From Candidatus Omnitrophota bacterium (lineage in GTDB: Bacteria; Omnitrophota; Gorgyraeia; Zapsychrales; Zapsychraceae): a stretch of 64,000 bases of DNA. Within the stretch, counting starts at the first letter, position 1. Every line of letters begins with the position of its first letter. Of this stretch, positions 48,315 to 57,165 are shown piece by piece. A program made the translations under genes and the position numbers. The stretch covers positions 1,521 to 65,520 of the forward strand of contig JANQMA010000044.1 of assembly GCA_028280285.1 (NCBI GenBank), given 5' to 3'. The notes below the pieces were generated by a model, which saw only the letters and a program-made list of their open reading frames with translations, made no database searches and was not told the DNA's origin.

Positions 48315-48816
48315 AGGGGGTACGCGTCTGCAGGTCCTTTACATCCCATATCCCAACTAATTCCCCCTTAGTCTTATTTGTGATTTGATCCCAATTTTCG
48401 ATAGAAAGTTCAACCTGGGCCAATGTTGCGGTTCGGAACATTTTTAGCTCTTTTGTCAAATGGGCGCAAAAATTTTCTATGGTGGGATTGTGCCCTACCA
48501 GGAGAAGTGTTTGCGGATCTTTTTTAAGGTCTTTAATCTGTTTGATATAGACTTCATAATCAGCTAAATAGAGCTCCTCGCATTTATCGATTTTTTCGGC
48601 AAAATCACAATTTTCTGCAACGAGTTTGGCTGTTGTGTGTGCCCTGAGCGCAGATGAGGACAGAATATAATCCGGGGTAAGCCCATTGTCTTTCATCCAG
48701 TTGCCCATAAAGGGGGCAGCCTTTTCACCGCGGTTATTTAACGGACGGTCATGATCGCTTATATCCGGCGTTTTCCAGCTGGACTTCGCATGACGCATAA
48801 GTAGTAGTGTTTTCAT
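48304..48816 (-). CDS. Histidine-phosphatase-superfamily protein (SixA/phosphohistidine phosphatase-like)
   Basis: LLLMRHAKS...RPLNNRGE is the RHG motif. Confidence 0.7.
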   Translation of the reverse strand: MKTLLLMRHAKSSWKTPDISDHDRPLNNRGEKAAPFMGNWMKDNGLTPDYILSSSALRAHTTAKLVAENCDFAEKIDKCEELYLADYEVYIKQIKDLKKDPQTLLLVGHNPTIENFCAHLTKELKMFRTATLAQVELSIENWDQITNKTKGELVGIWDVKDLQTRTPSNA

Positions 48817-48952
48817 ATACTTATTATGACAAACAGGTTTTAAAATTCATAGAAAAATTCGAAAAATCCAAAGTTTCCGCTGATTTTGAGTTGCCCGTTT
48901 TTTATCGGGCTTTTTTATTGCAAAGGCAATTATTCTCTTCTAAGATCTTGGT

Positions 48953-49324
48953 ATGGATGAATCGAGAAAGCTGGCAACAACGATAGTTTTGCGCAAAGAC
49001 GGCCTTATATTGATTGGTCAGCGTACCAAGGATGATATCTGGGAGCTTCCGGGAGGCAAGATTGATCCGGGCGAGGAGCCTGAAGACTGCGCGGTCCGCG
49101 AAATGCAGGAAGAACACGGTATTGAAGTCCAAATTAAGCAATTCCTTAAAAAGATTATCGGGATTTACCGCAAAATCCCTATGGAAGTTTACGGCTATGA
49201 GGTCGAATCGATCTCAGGTGATCCGCAATGCCTGGTCCACAAAGAGATAAAGTGGGCTTCAATTGAAGAAATTCAACAGATGGATTTTATTGATGAGGAT
49301 TTGGAGATTGTAAACCTTTTATGA
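48953..49324 (+). CDS. NUDIX hydrolase
   Basis: Nudix box GGKIDPGEEPEDCAVREMQEEHGI. Confidence 0.8.
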   Translation: MDESRKLATTIVLRKDGLILIGQRTKDDIWELPGGKIDPGEEPEDCAVREMQEEHGIEVQIKQFLKKIIGIYRKIPMEVYGYEVESISGDPQCLVHKEIKWASIEEIQQMDFIDEDLEIVNLL

Positions 49325-49380
49325 CCAAACATTAGACAATAAACATTAAACCAATTATAAGTTTGTTTAATGTTTAAAGT

Positions 49381-50364
49381 TTATTGTTTTGGTTTTTCCT
49401 TGATGTGGATGTCCCGCTGCGGAAACGGGATTTCGATATTATTCTTACCTAATGCTTCAAAAATAGCTTTATTCAATTTAAATTTCATATTCCAATATTC
49501 GGCTTGCGGGGTAAATAAGCGGATCATAATGTTTACACTGGAATCAGCAAATTCACTGATACCGATAACAGGTTGCTTTTCATTGACCAGTTTTTCACCC
49601 GCCACTACGTCATTAATGATTTTAAGAACTTTATCCATGTTGCTTGAGTAACTAACACCAATAGTTAGATCAAGGCGCTTGAGGTGAGAGAAATTTTGAA
49701 TGATCTCACCAATAATTTTATTATTAGGAATGATGACAAGTGATCCATCTGCATTGATCATTTCTGTTCGCGGTAGCTTGATATCTTTGATTTGTCCCAT
49801 TTCGCCGGCAACTTCCACGATATCGCCTACTTTAAAAGGTTTAGTGAAAATAAGGGAAATACCAGCGGCATAATTAGAAAGTGGACCTTGCAGTGCAAAG
49901 CTGGTCCCAAAACCGATAACGGATATACCGGCGATGAGTGGTGCGATTTCAATGCCGAATTTGCCCATGGCCACCATGATGGCAAAAGCCATGACAAGAA
50001 TGCGCACAGTCCCACCAATAAAACCTGTTACGGTGACATCAACATTTTTGCTTTTAAGGAATCCAGTAACAAAATTTGTCAGGTATCCGGCTGCGATCCA
50101 GCCAAGAATGAGAATGATAATACCACCGAGTGCTTGAAAGAAATATGTAACAACATATTCAATAACGGTATCGATCAGGCTTTTAACGGCTGTGAATTGT
50201 TTTTCAGCTTCGTGCTGGAGGTTTTCGGCTGCATTTTCAAAGGTAATGGGTTCAGCGCCTTCTTCCACTATTTGATTAACTTGGTCCGGTGATTGCGCGA
50301 AGACCAATGTAGGTGCAATAAAAATTAAGAACAGGAAAAGAATGATAGTTTTTTTCATAGTCAT
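49381..50364 (-). CDS. Small-conductance mechanosensitive channel (MscS family)
   Basis: Signal peptide/TM region, then the MscS beta-domain (FKVGDIVEVAGEMGQIKDIKLPRTEM). Confidence 0.85.
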   Translation of the reverse strand: MTMKKTIILFLFLIFIAPTLVFAQSPDQVNQIVEEGAEPITFENAAENLQHEAEKQFTAVKSLIDTVIEYVVTYFFQALGGIIILILGWIAAGYLTNFVTGFLKSKNVDVTVTGFIGGTVRILVMAFAIMVAMGKFGIEIAPLIAGISVIGFGTSFALQGPLSNYAAGISLIFTKPFKVGDIVEVAGEMGQIKDIKLPRTEMINADGSLVIIPNNKIIGEIIQNFSHLKRLDLTIGVSYSSNMDKVLKIINDVVAGEKLVNEKQPVIGISEFADSSVNIMIRLFTPQAEYWNMKFKLNKAIFEALGKNNIEIPFPQRDIHIKEKPKQ

Positions 50365-50436
50365 TTGATATTTGTGTTTTGAGGGGTTATTGGTTAAAAT
50401 GCTTACTCATCATAACATAAAACTATTCCATTGCAA

Positions 50437-50480
50437 CCTATGAGGTTTGTACGCCACACGAACCTCGTAGGTTCGTGTGG
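50437..50480. promoter_or_regulatory. Overlapping, mutually exclusive palindromes in the mscS/tag divergent region
   Basis: CTATGAGGTT pairs with AACCTCGTAG (9/10) or CCACACGAAC pairs with GTTCGTGTGG (10/10). The two stems share bases. Confidence 0.4.
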
Positions 50481-50497
50481 GAAATTTGGGAGTATAT

Positions 50498-51076
50498 ATG
50501 CCGAAAGAACTTAAGCGCTGCGCCTGGGTGGGGGAAGATCCGCTTTATCAAAAATACCATGACGAAGAATGGGGCCGGCCGCTTCACAACGACAAAAAGC
50601 TGTTTGAATTTTTGATTCTGGAAGGCGCGCAGGCGGGGTTAAGCTGGATTACTATATTAAGGAAGAGAGATAACTATCGCAAGGCGTTTGACAATTTTGA
50701 TTATGAAAAAGTGGCGAAATACAACAAACGCAAAATCACGGCTTTACTGAAAGATGAGGGGATTGTGCGTAATCGCTTGAAGATCAATGGCACGGTACAA
50801 AATGCCAAGGCTTTTATTGCCGTGCGCAAGGAATTCGGCAGCTTCAATAAATACATCTGGGGCTTTGTGGACAATAAGCCTATTATCAATAAGTTTAAGT
50901 CAATGAAGGACTTACCGGCTAAGACAGAACTATCGGATATTATCGCTAAAGATTTAAAGAAACGTGGATTTACCTTTGTGGGCTCAACCATTGTCTATGC
51001 CTTTATGCAGGCGGTCGGTATGGTCAATGATCATGAGGTCGATTGTTTTTGTTATAAAGAGGTGCAGGGGAAATAG
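50498..51076 (+). CDS. tag: DNA-3-methyladenine glycosylase I
   Basis: MPKELKRCAWVGEDPLYQKYHDEEWG aligns with the E. coli Tag N-terminus. ATG at 50498 with a GGGAG SD is preferred over the upstream GTG. Confidence 0.85.
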   Translation: MPKELKRCAWVGEDPLYQKYHDEEWGRPLHNDKKLFEFLILEGAQAGLSWITILRKRDNYRKAFDNFDYEKVAKYNKRKITALLKDEGIVRNRLKINGTVQNAKAFIAVRKEFGSFNKYIWGFVDNKPIINKFKSMKDLPAKTELSDIIAKDLKKRGFTFVGSTIVYAFMQAVGMVNDHEVDCFCYKEVQGK

Positions 51077-51117
51077 CAGCTTGCTAAAAAGCGGTGTTGG
51101 CTTTACAATAGCGAAAT

Positions 51118-51170
51118 GCCTATTCAACTGCGTCAGTTGAATAGGCTTAGGTTCATTCAACTGATGCAGT
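51118..51170 (+). promoter_or_regulatory. Two tandem 19-bp palindromes TTCAACTG-N3-CAGTTGA(A/G) 30 bp apart, upstream of the ORF at 51183
   Basis: CCTATTCAACTGcgtCAGTTGAATAGG is a perfect 12-bp arm. TTCAACTGatgCAGTTGAG overlaps the RBS region. Confidence 0.5.
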
Positions 51171-51182
51171 TGAGGAGGCGTA

Positions 51183-51944
51183 ATGAAACCAATTGTAATT
51201 ATCGGAGCCGGGGAAATGGGCGGGGTATTTGCCCGCGGCTTTTTAAAGGCAGGATATCCTGTCTATCCTGTCACCAGGAATATGGCGGTCCATCAAGTGG
51301 CTGATACGGTTGCAGATCCCGCAGCGGTGCTCGTTGCTGTTGGAGAAAAAGACTTACAGAATGTTGTGGCCGGTGTGCCGGAGGCCTGGAAAGATAAGCT
51401 GATCCTTCTTCAAAATGAATTATTGCCAAAGGACTGGGAAGGAAAGCTTAATAATCCGACGGTGATCTCTGTCTGGTTTGAGAAAAAACCGGGGCAGGAT
51501 TATAAAGTGATTATTCCATCTCCCGTATTTGGGCCTTATGCACAGCTCGTTAAGGATTCCCTCGAGGCGATTAATATTCCGGTTAATGCGCTTGCATCAG
51601 CGGACGATTTGTTGTTTGAGCTTGTTCTTAAGAATGTTTATATCTTAACAACGAATATTTCCGGCCTTGAAGTGGGCGGCAATGTCGGTGAGTTATGGGA
51701 ATCTAATCAGTCCATTGCCCGTGAAGTGGCGGGTAATGTTATGGATATTCAATTTAAGTTGGCGGCCAAAGAATTTGATCGCGAGGCGATGATTGAAAGC
51801 ATGGTCAAGGCCTTCGAAGGTGATTTAGAACATAAATGTATGGGACGATCAGCTCCGGCGAGATTGCAGCGTGCACTTGCGCAGGCGGATGAATTAGGTT
51901 TAGACGTAATAAAGCTGCGTGATATCGCCGCAGCAAAATTATAA
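51183..51944 (+). CDS. NAD(P)-binding Rossmann-fold protein (ketopantoate-reductase-like), function unknown
   Basis: IVIIGAGEMGGVFARGF is a GxGxxG motif. SD GAGGAGG. Confidence 0.4.
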   Translation: MKPIVIIGAGEMGGVFARGFLKAGYPVYPVTRNMAVHQVADTVADPAAVLVAVGEKDLQNVVAGVPEAWKDKLILLQNELLPKDWEGKLNNPTVISVWFEKKPGQDYKVIIPSPVFGPYAQLVKDSLEAINIPVNALASADDLLFELVLKNVYILTTNISGLEVGGNVGELWESNQSIAREVAGNVMDIQFKLAAKEFDREAMIESMVKAFEGDLEHKCMGRSAPARLQRALAQADELGLDVIKLRDIAAAKL

Positions 51945-51953
51945 AGAGGCAAA

Positions 51954-52406
51954 ATGAACAGAAAAGATTATAAAGGTGAAATTACAACTGATTTTCTCGA
52001 AAACGGGGAAGAGGTGTTGTTGGATTTTGAAAAATTACGCAAAGTAGCCGAAAGCGTAGATCCTGTTGTGCCGGTTGCGGTGCAAGACGTAGACAGTCGT
52101 GAGGTTATCCTCGTTGCTTATGCCAATGAAACAGCGCTTAAGCATACGATTAAAACAGGCAATGCCACATTTTGGTCAACCTCCCGTCAACAATTATGGG
52201 AGAAGGGGCTCACATCCGGCGATGTGCTTAAAATGGTTGATATTAGAATTAACTGCGAACAAAACTCTCTCTTGTATCTAGTCAACATGGTTGGCCGTGG
52301 TTCATGTCATACCAAAAAAGAGGGCGGCCAAACACGGTTTGGCTGCTACTATCGCTCTATCAAAGACGGCGAGCTTGAGTTTGTCCAGGATGAGCCGTAT
52401 ATATAA
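51954..52406 (+). CDS. hisI: Phosphoribosyl-AMP cyclohydrolase (stand-alone HisI)
   Basis: FWSTSRQQLWEKGLTSGDVLKMVDIRINCEQNSLLYLVNMVGRGSCHT parallels the HisI core motif. Confidence 0.75.
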   Translation: MNRKDYKGEITTDFLENGEEVLLDFEKLRKVAESVDPVVPVAVQDVDSREVILVAYANETALKHTIKTGNATFWSTSRQQLWEKGLTSGDVLKMVDIRINCEQNSLLYLVNMVGRGSCHTKKEGGQTRFGCYYRSIKDGELEFVQDEPYI

Positions 52407-52413
52407 AATTTGA

Positions 52414-54231
52414 ATGGCAAATATCAAAAGGTCATCATCTAAAAATATATCTTCATTTTTTCTCATTTATCTTGCCATCGGCATTCTTATTTATTTTAAT
52501 TCTTTTGATAATGCCTTTCAGTTTGACGACTATGATTTTATCGTCAACAATTACAACATCAGAGACCTCTTCGATATTTCTGCGATTTGGAACACCTTAG
52601 CACACCCCAGCCGGTTTATCGGTTTTCTCACCTTTGCGGTTAATTTTCATTTCGGGCAGCTCGATGTTTTGGGGTATCACATTGTTAATACGGTTATCCA
52701 CATTATTAATGCTGCTTTGGTTTGTTTGTGTACGCGAGCCTTACTCGAAAAGAAATCTTTGAAAGAAGAAAAGGTTGACGGCGCAGTGGTTGCGTTTATC
52801 GCGGGGCTATTATTTCTCGTTCATCCTCTGCAGACGCAAGCTGTTGCCTATATTTCCCAGAGATTCACGTCGCTTGCCGCGGTATTTTATTTGTTTTCTG
52901 TCTTTAATTATTTGCGCTATCACACAACGCAAAAAGGTATTTATGCGGCGCTTATGATCGTTTCTGCTGTGTGCGGTATGTTGACCAAACCGATTGTCTT
53001 TACACTACCGATTTTGATTATTATCTTAGATCAGGTTTTTCTAAAAAGAGATAAGCCTTGTTTAAATAAAACGCATGTATGTATTTTGCTTTTGTTGTTG
53101 GTCATTGTTCCGTGGACTATGCGTTTTAATGCGTCGTCTATTTTGGGAATGACGACGCTTTCCGGGTCCCACGATGGAGATGTCATCAATTGGTTTTCTT
53201 ATCTGTTAACACAAATGCGTGTCATTATCATGTATTTGACATTGTTTTTTGCGCCCGTGGGCCAGACGCTTGATCATGATGTCGCGTTATCGACTTCTTT
53301 TCTTGATCTACGCGTAATATCGTCACTGACGATTATTATAACCATATGGTTTTTAGCGGTTATTCAATATAAGAAACGACCGATTGTTGGTTTTTGTGTT
53401 GCCTGGTTTTTTATCACACTTGTGGTGACATCAAGTATTATTCCGATTCACCATGTGATGTTCGAACACCGTGTGTATTTGCCTAGTGTCGGGTTATGTA
53501 TTTTGGTTAGTTACCTAGCGGTTAGATTTCTTAACCAAGGCAGGTTGTATATACCGCTTGTTATGATTTTGCTTATTGTCTTAAGTGTGATGACCGTCCG
53601 GCGTAATGCTGTGTGGGATAATGATATTCTTCTGTGGGGGGATGTTGTCCAAAAAGCTCCCCAAAAATCACGTGGTTACCGCAGCCTTGCGGTTGCTTAC
53701 TACAAACGTGATGATTATCCAAAGGCGCTTCAGTTTATTCAAAAAGCTATTATGCTTTATCCGGAATATTTAGAAGCGTATGAAACGCGCGGACGGATAT
53801 TGTATATGATGGGAGACTTCACAAACGCACTTACGGACTATAATTATATTTTGTTCAAAAACCCCCGGCATGCCCTAGCTTATAAAGACCGCGCTGATCT
53901 TTGGGGGAGGCAGGACAAACTGGATCAGGCATTGGCGGATTATAATACGTCTATTTCGATTCATTCCGGCAATCCCCATGCCTACAATGGCCGGGCGCGC
54001 GTTTATGCCAAGCGCAAACAGATCGATTTGGCCCTGGCCGATATCAATCACGCGATTGCGATCGATGCCTATCAATCGGAGTTTTATAACAATCGCGGCA
54101 TTATCCTCTCGATGGCCGGTAGGCATATCAAAGCCCTGCAAGATTTCCACAAGTCATTGTCTCTCAATGAGAACCAGCCCGAGGTTCAAAAAAATATAGC
54201 CACCGTTAAGCAGATTTTAGAGCAAAATTAA
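52414..54231 (+). CDS. TMTC/DUF1736-like GT-C membrane glycosyltransferase with C-terminal TPR repeats
   Basis: FQFDDYDFIVNNYNIRDL (the F-x-FDD...I-x-NN motif) in the first loop. About 400 aa of TM domain, then at least six TPR units. Confidence 0.6.
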   Translation: MANIKRSSSKNISSFFLIYLAIGILIYFNSFDNAFQFDDYDFIVNNYNIRDLFDISAIWNTLAHPSRFIGFLTFAVNFHFGQLDVLGYHIVNTVIHIINAALVCLCTRALLEKKSLKEEKVDGAVVAFIAGLLFLVHPLQTQAVAYISQRFTSLAAVFYLFSVFNYLRYHTTQKGIYAALMIVSAVCGMLTKPIVFTLPILIIILDQVFLKRDKPCLNKTHVCILLLLLVIVPWTMRFNASSILGMTTLSGSHDGDVINWFSYLLTQMRVIIMYLTLFFAPVGQTLDHDVALSTSFLDLRVISSLTIIITIWFLAVIQYKKRPIVGFCVAWFFITLVVTSSIIPIHHVMFEHRVYLPSVGLCILVSYLAVRFLNQGRLYIPLVMILLIVLSVMTVRRNAVWDNDILLWGDVVQKAPQKSRGYRSLAVAYYKRDDYPKALQFIQKAIMLYPEYLEAYETRGRILYMMGDFTNALTDYNYILFKNPRHALAYKDRADLWGRQDKLDQALADYNTSISIHSGNPHAYNGRARVYAKRKQIDLALADINHAIAIDAYQSEFYNNRGIILSMAGRHIKALQDFHKSLSLNENQPEVQKNIATVKQILEQN

Positions 54232-54266
54232 CCCCCTTTCTTATCTATTGTTATTTTTAAAGAAAC

Positions 54267-55673
54267 ATGATAACCTTGTTGCCTATGGATCAAGAATTAG
54301 AACTATTAATGCCGGCCGGGAATTTTGAGAAGATGCAGTTTGCCTACGCATATGGCGCAGATGCGGTGTATCTGGGGATCCCGCAGTTTTCCTTGAGGGC
54401 TCGGGAGAATGGATTTAAGAAGCGCGCGTCCGTTATTGAAGCGGTCGAATACGCGCACAAACTAGGCAAGAAGGTCTACATCACAGCCAATATCCTGCCG
54501 CATAATCACAAGATCGAATCTTTCATTAAATACATCAATGACTTTTTGGCGGAATGTAAGCCCGACGCCTGGATTATGTCGGATCCTGGGCTCATTATGC
54601 TGATGCGCGAGAACCATCCCGATCAGGTGATTCACCTGTCCGTTCAGGCCAACACAGTGAATTTTGCCACCGCCCAGTTTTGGCAAAAGATGGGGATTAA
54701 GCGTGTCATTCTCTCCCGCGAGCTTTCGATTAAAGAAATTAAAGTGATATCCGAGGCCTGTCCGGATTTAGAGATCGAAGCCTTTGTGCATGGCGCGATC
54801 TGTATTGCCTATTCGGGACGGTGCTTGATTTCCAATTACATGTCCTATCGTGATCCGAATCAAGGGACATGTTCCAACTCTTGCCGCTGGAATTACAAGA
54901 TGTACGAAAAAAAAGATATTCAACCGCAGGCAATGTTAGACAATGCCAATCCCGAAGAGATAACCGAAACACAGCATGGCGATCCTTATGTGCCGATCAA
55001 AGGCGATTATTATTTGGAGGAAACAGAACGGCCCGGTGAGTTTTTACAATTAGATGAAGATGAAAACGGAACGTATTTGATGAACGCGCGCGATTTATGC
55101 GGTATTGAACATTTAGAGGAAATGCGTGACGCCGGTGTGATTAGTTTTAAAGTCGAAGGGCGTTCTAAGTCTATTTACTACGCGGCGATGGTCGCGCGCG
55201 CTTACCGTCGGGCGATCGATGATTTAAAGGCGGGCAAACCTTTTGACGCAAAGCATCTTGATGAGATTTATGCGACGTCTAATCGTGGTTTAATTGCCGG
55301 ATTTCTTAAAGGGAATCCCGGACATACGGCCCAAAACTTTGAGGATGGACGCTCTCAAGCATCGACTTGTCGTTTCTCCGGTGTTTTGCGTGATTATGAC
55401 GAAGATAAAAAATTGATGAAGGTTGAGGCGCGCAATCCCATCCGTCAAGGGATGACACTTGAAATCGCTTTGCCGGATCAAACAATCACATTTACCGTTG
55501 ATCAATTGTTTGACGCCAAGATGAATGACGTTGATATTGTTCATGGCGGCGTCGGCCATTGTTTTATTCCGTATCCGGAAAATTTGGGCGAGTTTGTGAT
55601 TTTTCGGGAGAAACTTGCTCAGGAAAATGAACAAGAGTTAATAAAATACAGTAGTGATAAAGTGATACAGTGA
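54267..55673 (+). CDS. Peptidase U32 family protein (collagenase-like / RlhA-type)
   Basis: ELLMPAGN...GADAVYLG N-terminal U32 signature. Cys cluster CSNSCRWN. Confidence 0.85.
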   Translation: MITLLPMDQELELLMPAGNFEKMQFAYAYGADAVYLGIPQFSLRARENGFKKRASVIEAVEYAHKLGKKVYITANILPHNHKIESFIKYINDFLAECKPDAWIMSDPGLIMLMRENHPDQVIHLSVQANTVNFATAQFWQKMGIKRVILSRELSIKEIKVISEACPDLEIEAFVHGAICIAYSGRCLISNYMSYRDPNQGTCSNSCRWNYKMYEKKDIQPQAMLDNANPEEITETQHGDPYVPIKGDYYLEETERPGEFLQLDEDENGTYLMNARDLCGIEHLEEMRDAGVISFKVEGRSKSIYYAAMVARAYRRAIDDLKAGKPFDAKHLDEIYATSNRGLIAGFLKGNPGHTAQNFEDGRSQASTCRFSGVLRDYDEDKKLMKVEARNPIRQGMTLEIALPDQTITFTVDQLFDAKMNDVDIVHGGVGHCFIPYPENLGEFVIFREKLAQENEQELIKYSSDKVIQ

Positions 55674-55744
55674 TAGTAGTGATAGATGTAATTTTATCTC
55701 TCGCGCATTTTATATCACTTTAACACTCTATCACTCTATCACTT
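55649..55744. repeat. (AGTGATA)n / (TATCACT)n palindromic element beginning inside the 3' end of the U32 gene
   Basis: CAGTAGTGATAAAGTGATACAGTGATAGTAGTGATAGATG...ATCACTTTAACACTCTATCACTCTATCACTT. The first arm encodes the C-terminal SSDKVIQ. Confidence 0.65.
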
Positions 55745-55747
55745 TTT

Positions 55748-56506
55748 ATGATTTCCACATTCGATCCCATTTTCATCCAATCCCTCCGCAAACGTGAAAA
55801 CCGCGATAAAACCGGCTTAACCATTGTCGAGGGATATCCGGAGGTGAAACACGCTTATGAAGCCGGAGTTGTCTTTGAATCACTTTTTATTTGTGAAGAA
55901 ATCTTCACCCCAGCCCGGGGGGAATTTAACAATATCGATATAACCACTATTTCTAAAGATGAGTTTGCCCAAATTGCCTTCGGTGCACGGCTTAAGGGTA
56001 TACTGGCTTTGTGCAAACCACATATTTACCCGCTCGATGAACTTAAACTTAAGGAAAATCCTCTGATCATTATGCTCGAGGGGGTTGAAAAACCGGGGAA
56101 TCTCGGTGCCGTGCTGCGCACATGCGATGGGGCCGGTGTTGACGCGGTGATTATGTGCGACGGCAAGACCGATGTGTATAATCATAATGTTGTCCGTTCA
56201 AGTATAGGTACAGTTTTTACCGTGCCAACTATCGCAACGACAAATGAGGAAGCTTTGCGTTATTTAAGAGAAAATAACATTGATGTTTATGCGGCGACCG
56301 CGCATGCCGATGCGCTTTACACAGATTGTGATTTAACGAAAGCGACCGCCATTATCGTCGGTAATGAGCATGAAGGGTTGTCTGATTTTTGGCTTAGAGA
56401 ATCTGATAAAAAAATCAAGATTCCTATGGTCGGCGAAGGCGGGTGTTTGAATGTTGCGATGAGTGCATCGATTTTAACTTATGAAGTGGTGAGGCAAAGA
56501 GGATGA
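55748..56506 (+). CDS. SpoU/TrmH-family RNA 2'-O-methyltransferase
   Basis: IMLEGVEKPGNLGAVLRTCDGAG and C-terminal SPOUT motifs. Confidence 0.8.
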   Translation: MISTFDPIFIQSLRKRENRDKTGLTIVEGYPEVKHAYEAGVVFESLFICEEIFTPARGEFNNIDITTISKDEFAQIAFGARLKGILALCKPHIYPLDELKLKENPLIIMLEGVEKPGNLGAVLRTCDGAGVDAVIMCDGKTDVYNHNVVRSSIGTVFTVPTIATTNEEALRYLRENNIDVYAATAHADALYTDCDLTKATAIIVGNEHEGLSDFWLRESDKKIKIPMVGEGGCLNVAMSASILTYEVVRQRG

Positions 56507-57165
56507 AAGTATTTATTATCGTTGTAAGTCTTTTGTTTGCGGTAGCAGCCCATGCTGAGCTATCCCTTGATTTCTTTTATGATCTGGACAAACAAAACCT
56601 AACGCTTAATGGCGACATTGAAAAAATCGAAGATCAAAAGTATATGCTTGTTATTTATAAAAACGGCATTTCTGTTTTAAGAGAAGATTCATTTGCTGTT
56701 AGCAATCTGTACGAGGAGCCGATGGCGCTTGAAGCACGCGAGGGGGAACTTTTGCGTGTCGAAATATGGGGTGATAATGGCCTGATGTTTTATGAGGAGA
56801 TTACTGCAGGAAGCAATGAACAAAAAGCGTCCAATGTAAAGAAAGCTGCTCCTAAGAAGGCACAAAGCGTACTTATTTCTGATACACCAGAAGTTAGCTC
56901 GTCTATTCTTATTGAAGGGGATGAAATGACAGATGAATTTGTTGAAGAGGATATTGAGCCGGTCCGTGAAAGTTATGGTTATAAAGATGAAGGAAACACT
57001 TCGATCGGTACAGAAAGCTACGGATATAAATTGAAACAAGAAAGCAAAAAGCATGAGACGTATGGTCATAAAGACATGGGATATGAAAGCAAGGATTCAA
57101 GTTATGGTCATGATAATTTGGGCTACGAAAGCAAAGATGAAAGTTACGGAAGGAAAGAATATTAA
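56503..57165 (+). CDS. Secreted protein with C-terminal Tyr/Lys/Ser/Asp-rich SYG(Y/H)K repeats
   Basis: Signal peptide (AAHA/E). At least six degenerate SYGYKDEG-like repeats at the C-terminus. Confidence 0.45.
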   Translation: MKVFIIVVSLLFAVAAHAELSLDFFYDLDKQNLTLNGDIEKIEDQKYMLVIYKNGISVLREDSFAVSNLYEEPMALEAREGELLRVEIWGDNGLMFYEEITAGSNEQKASNVKKAAPKKAQSVLISDTPEVSSSILIEGDEMTDEFVEEDIEPVRESYGYKDEGNTSIGTESYGYKLKQESKKHETYGHKDMGYESKDSSYGHDNLGYESKDESYGRKEY

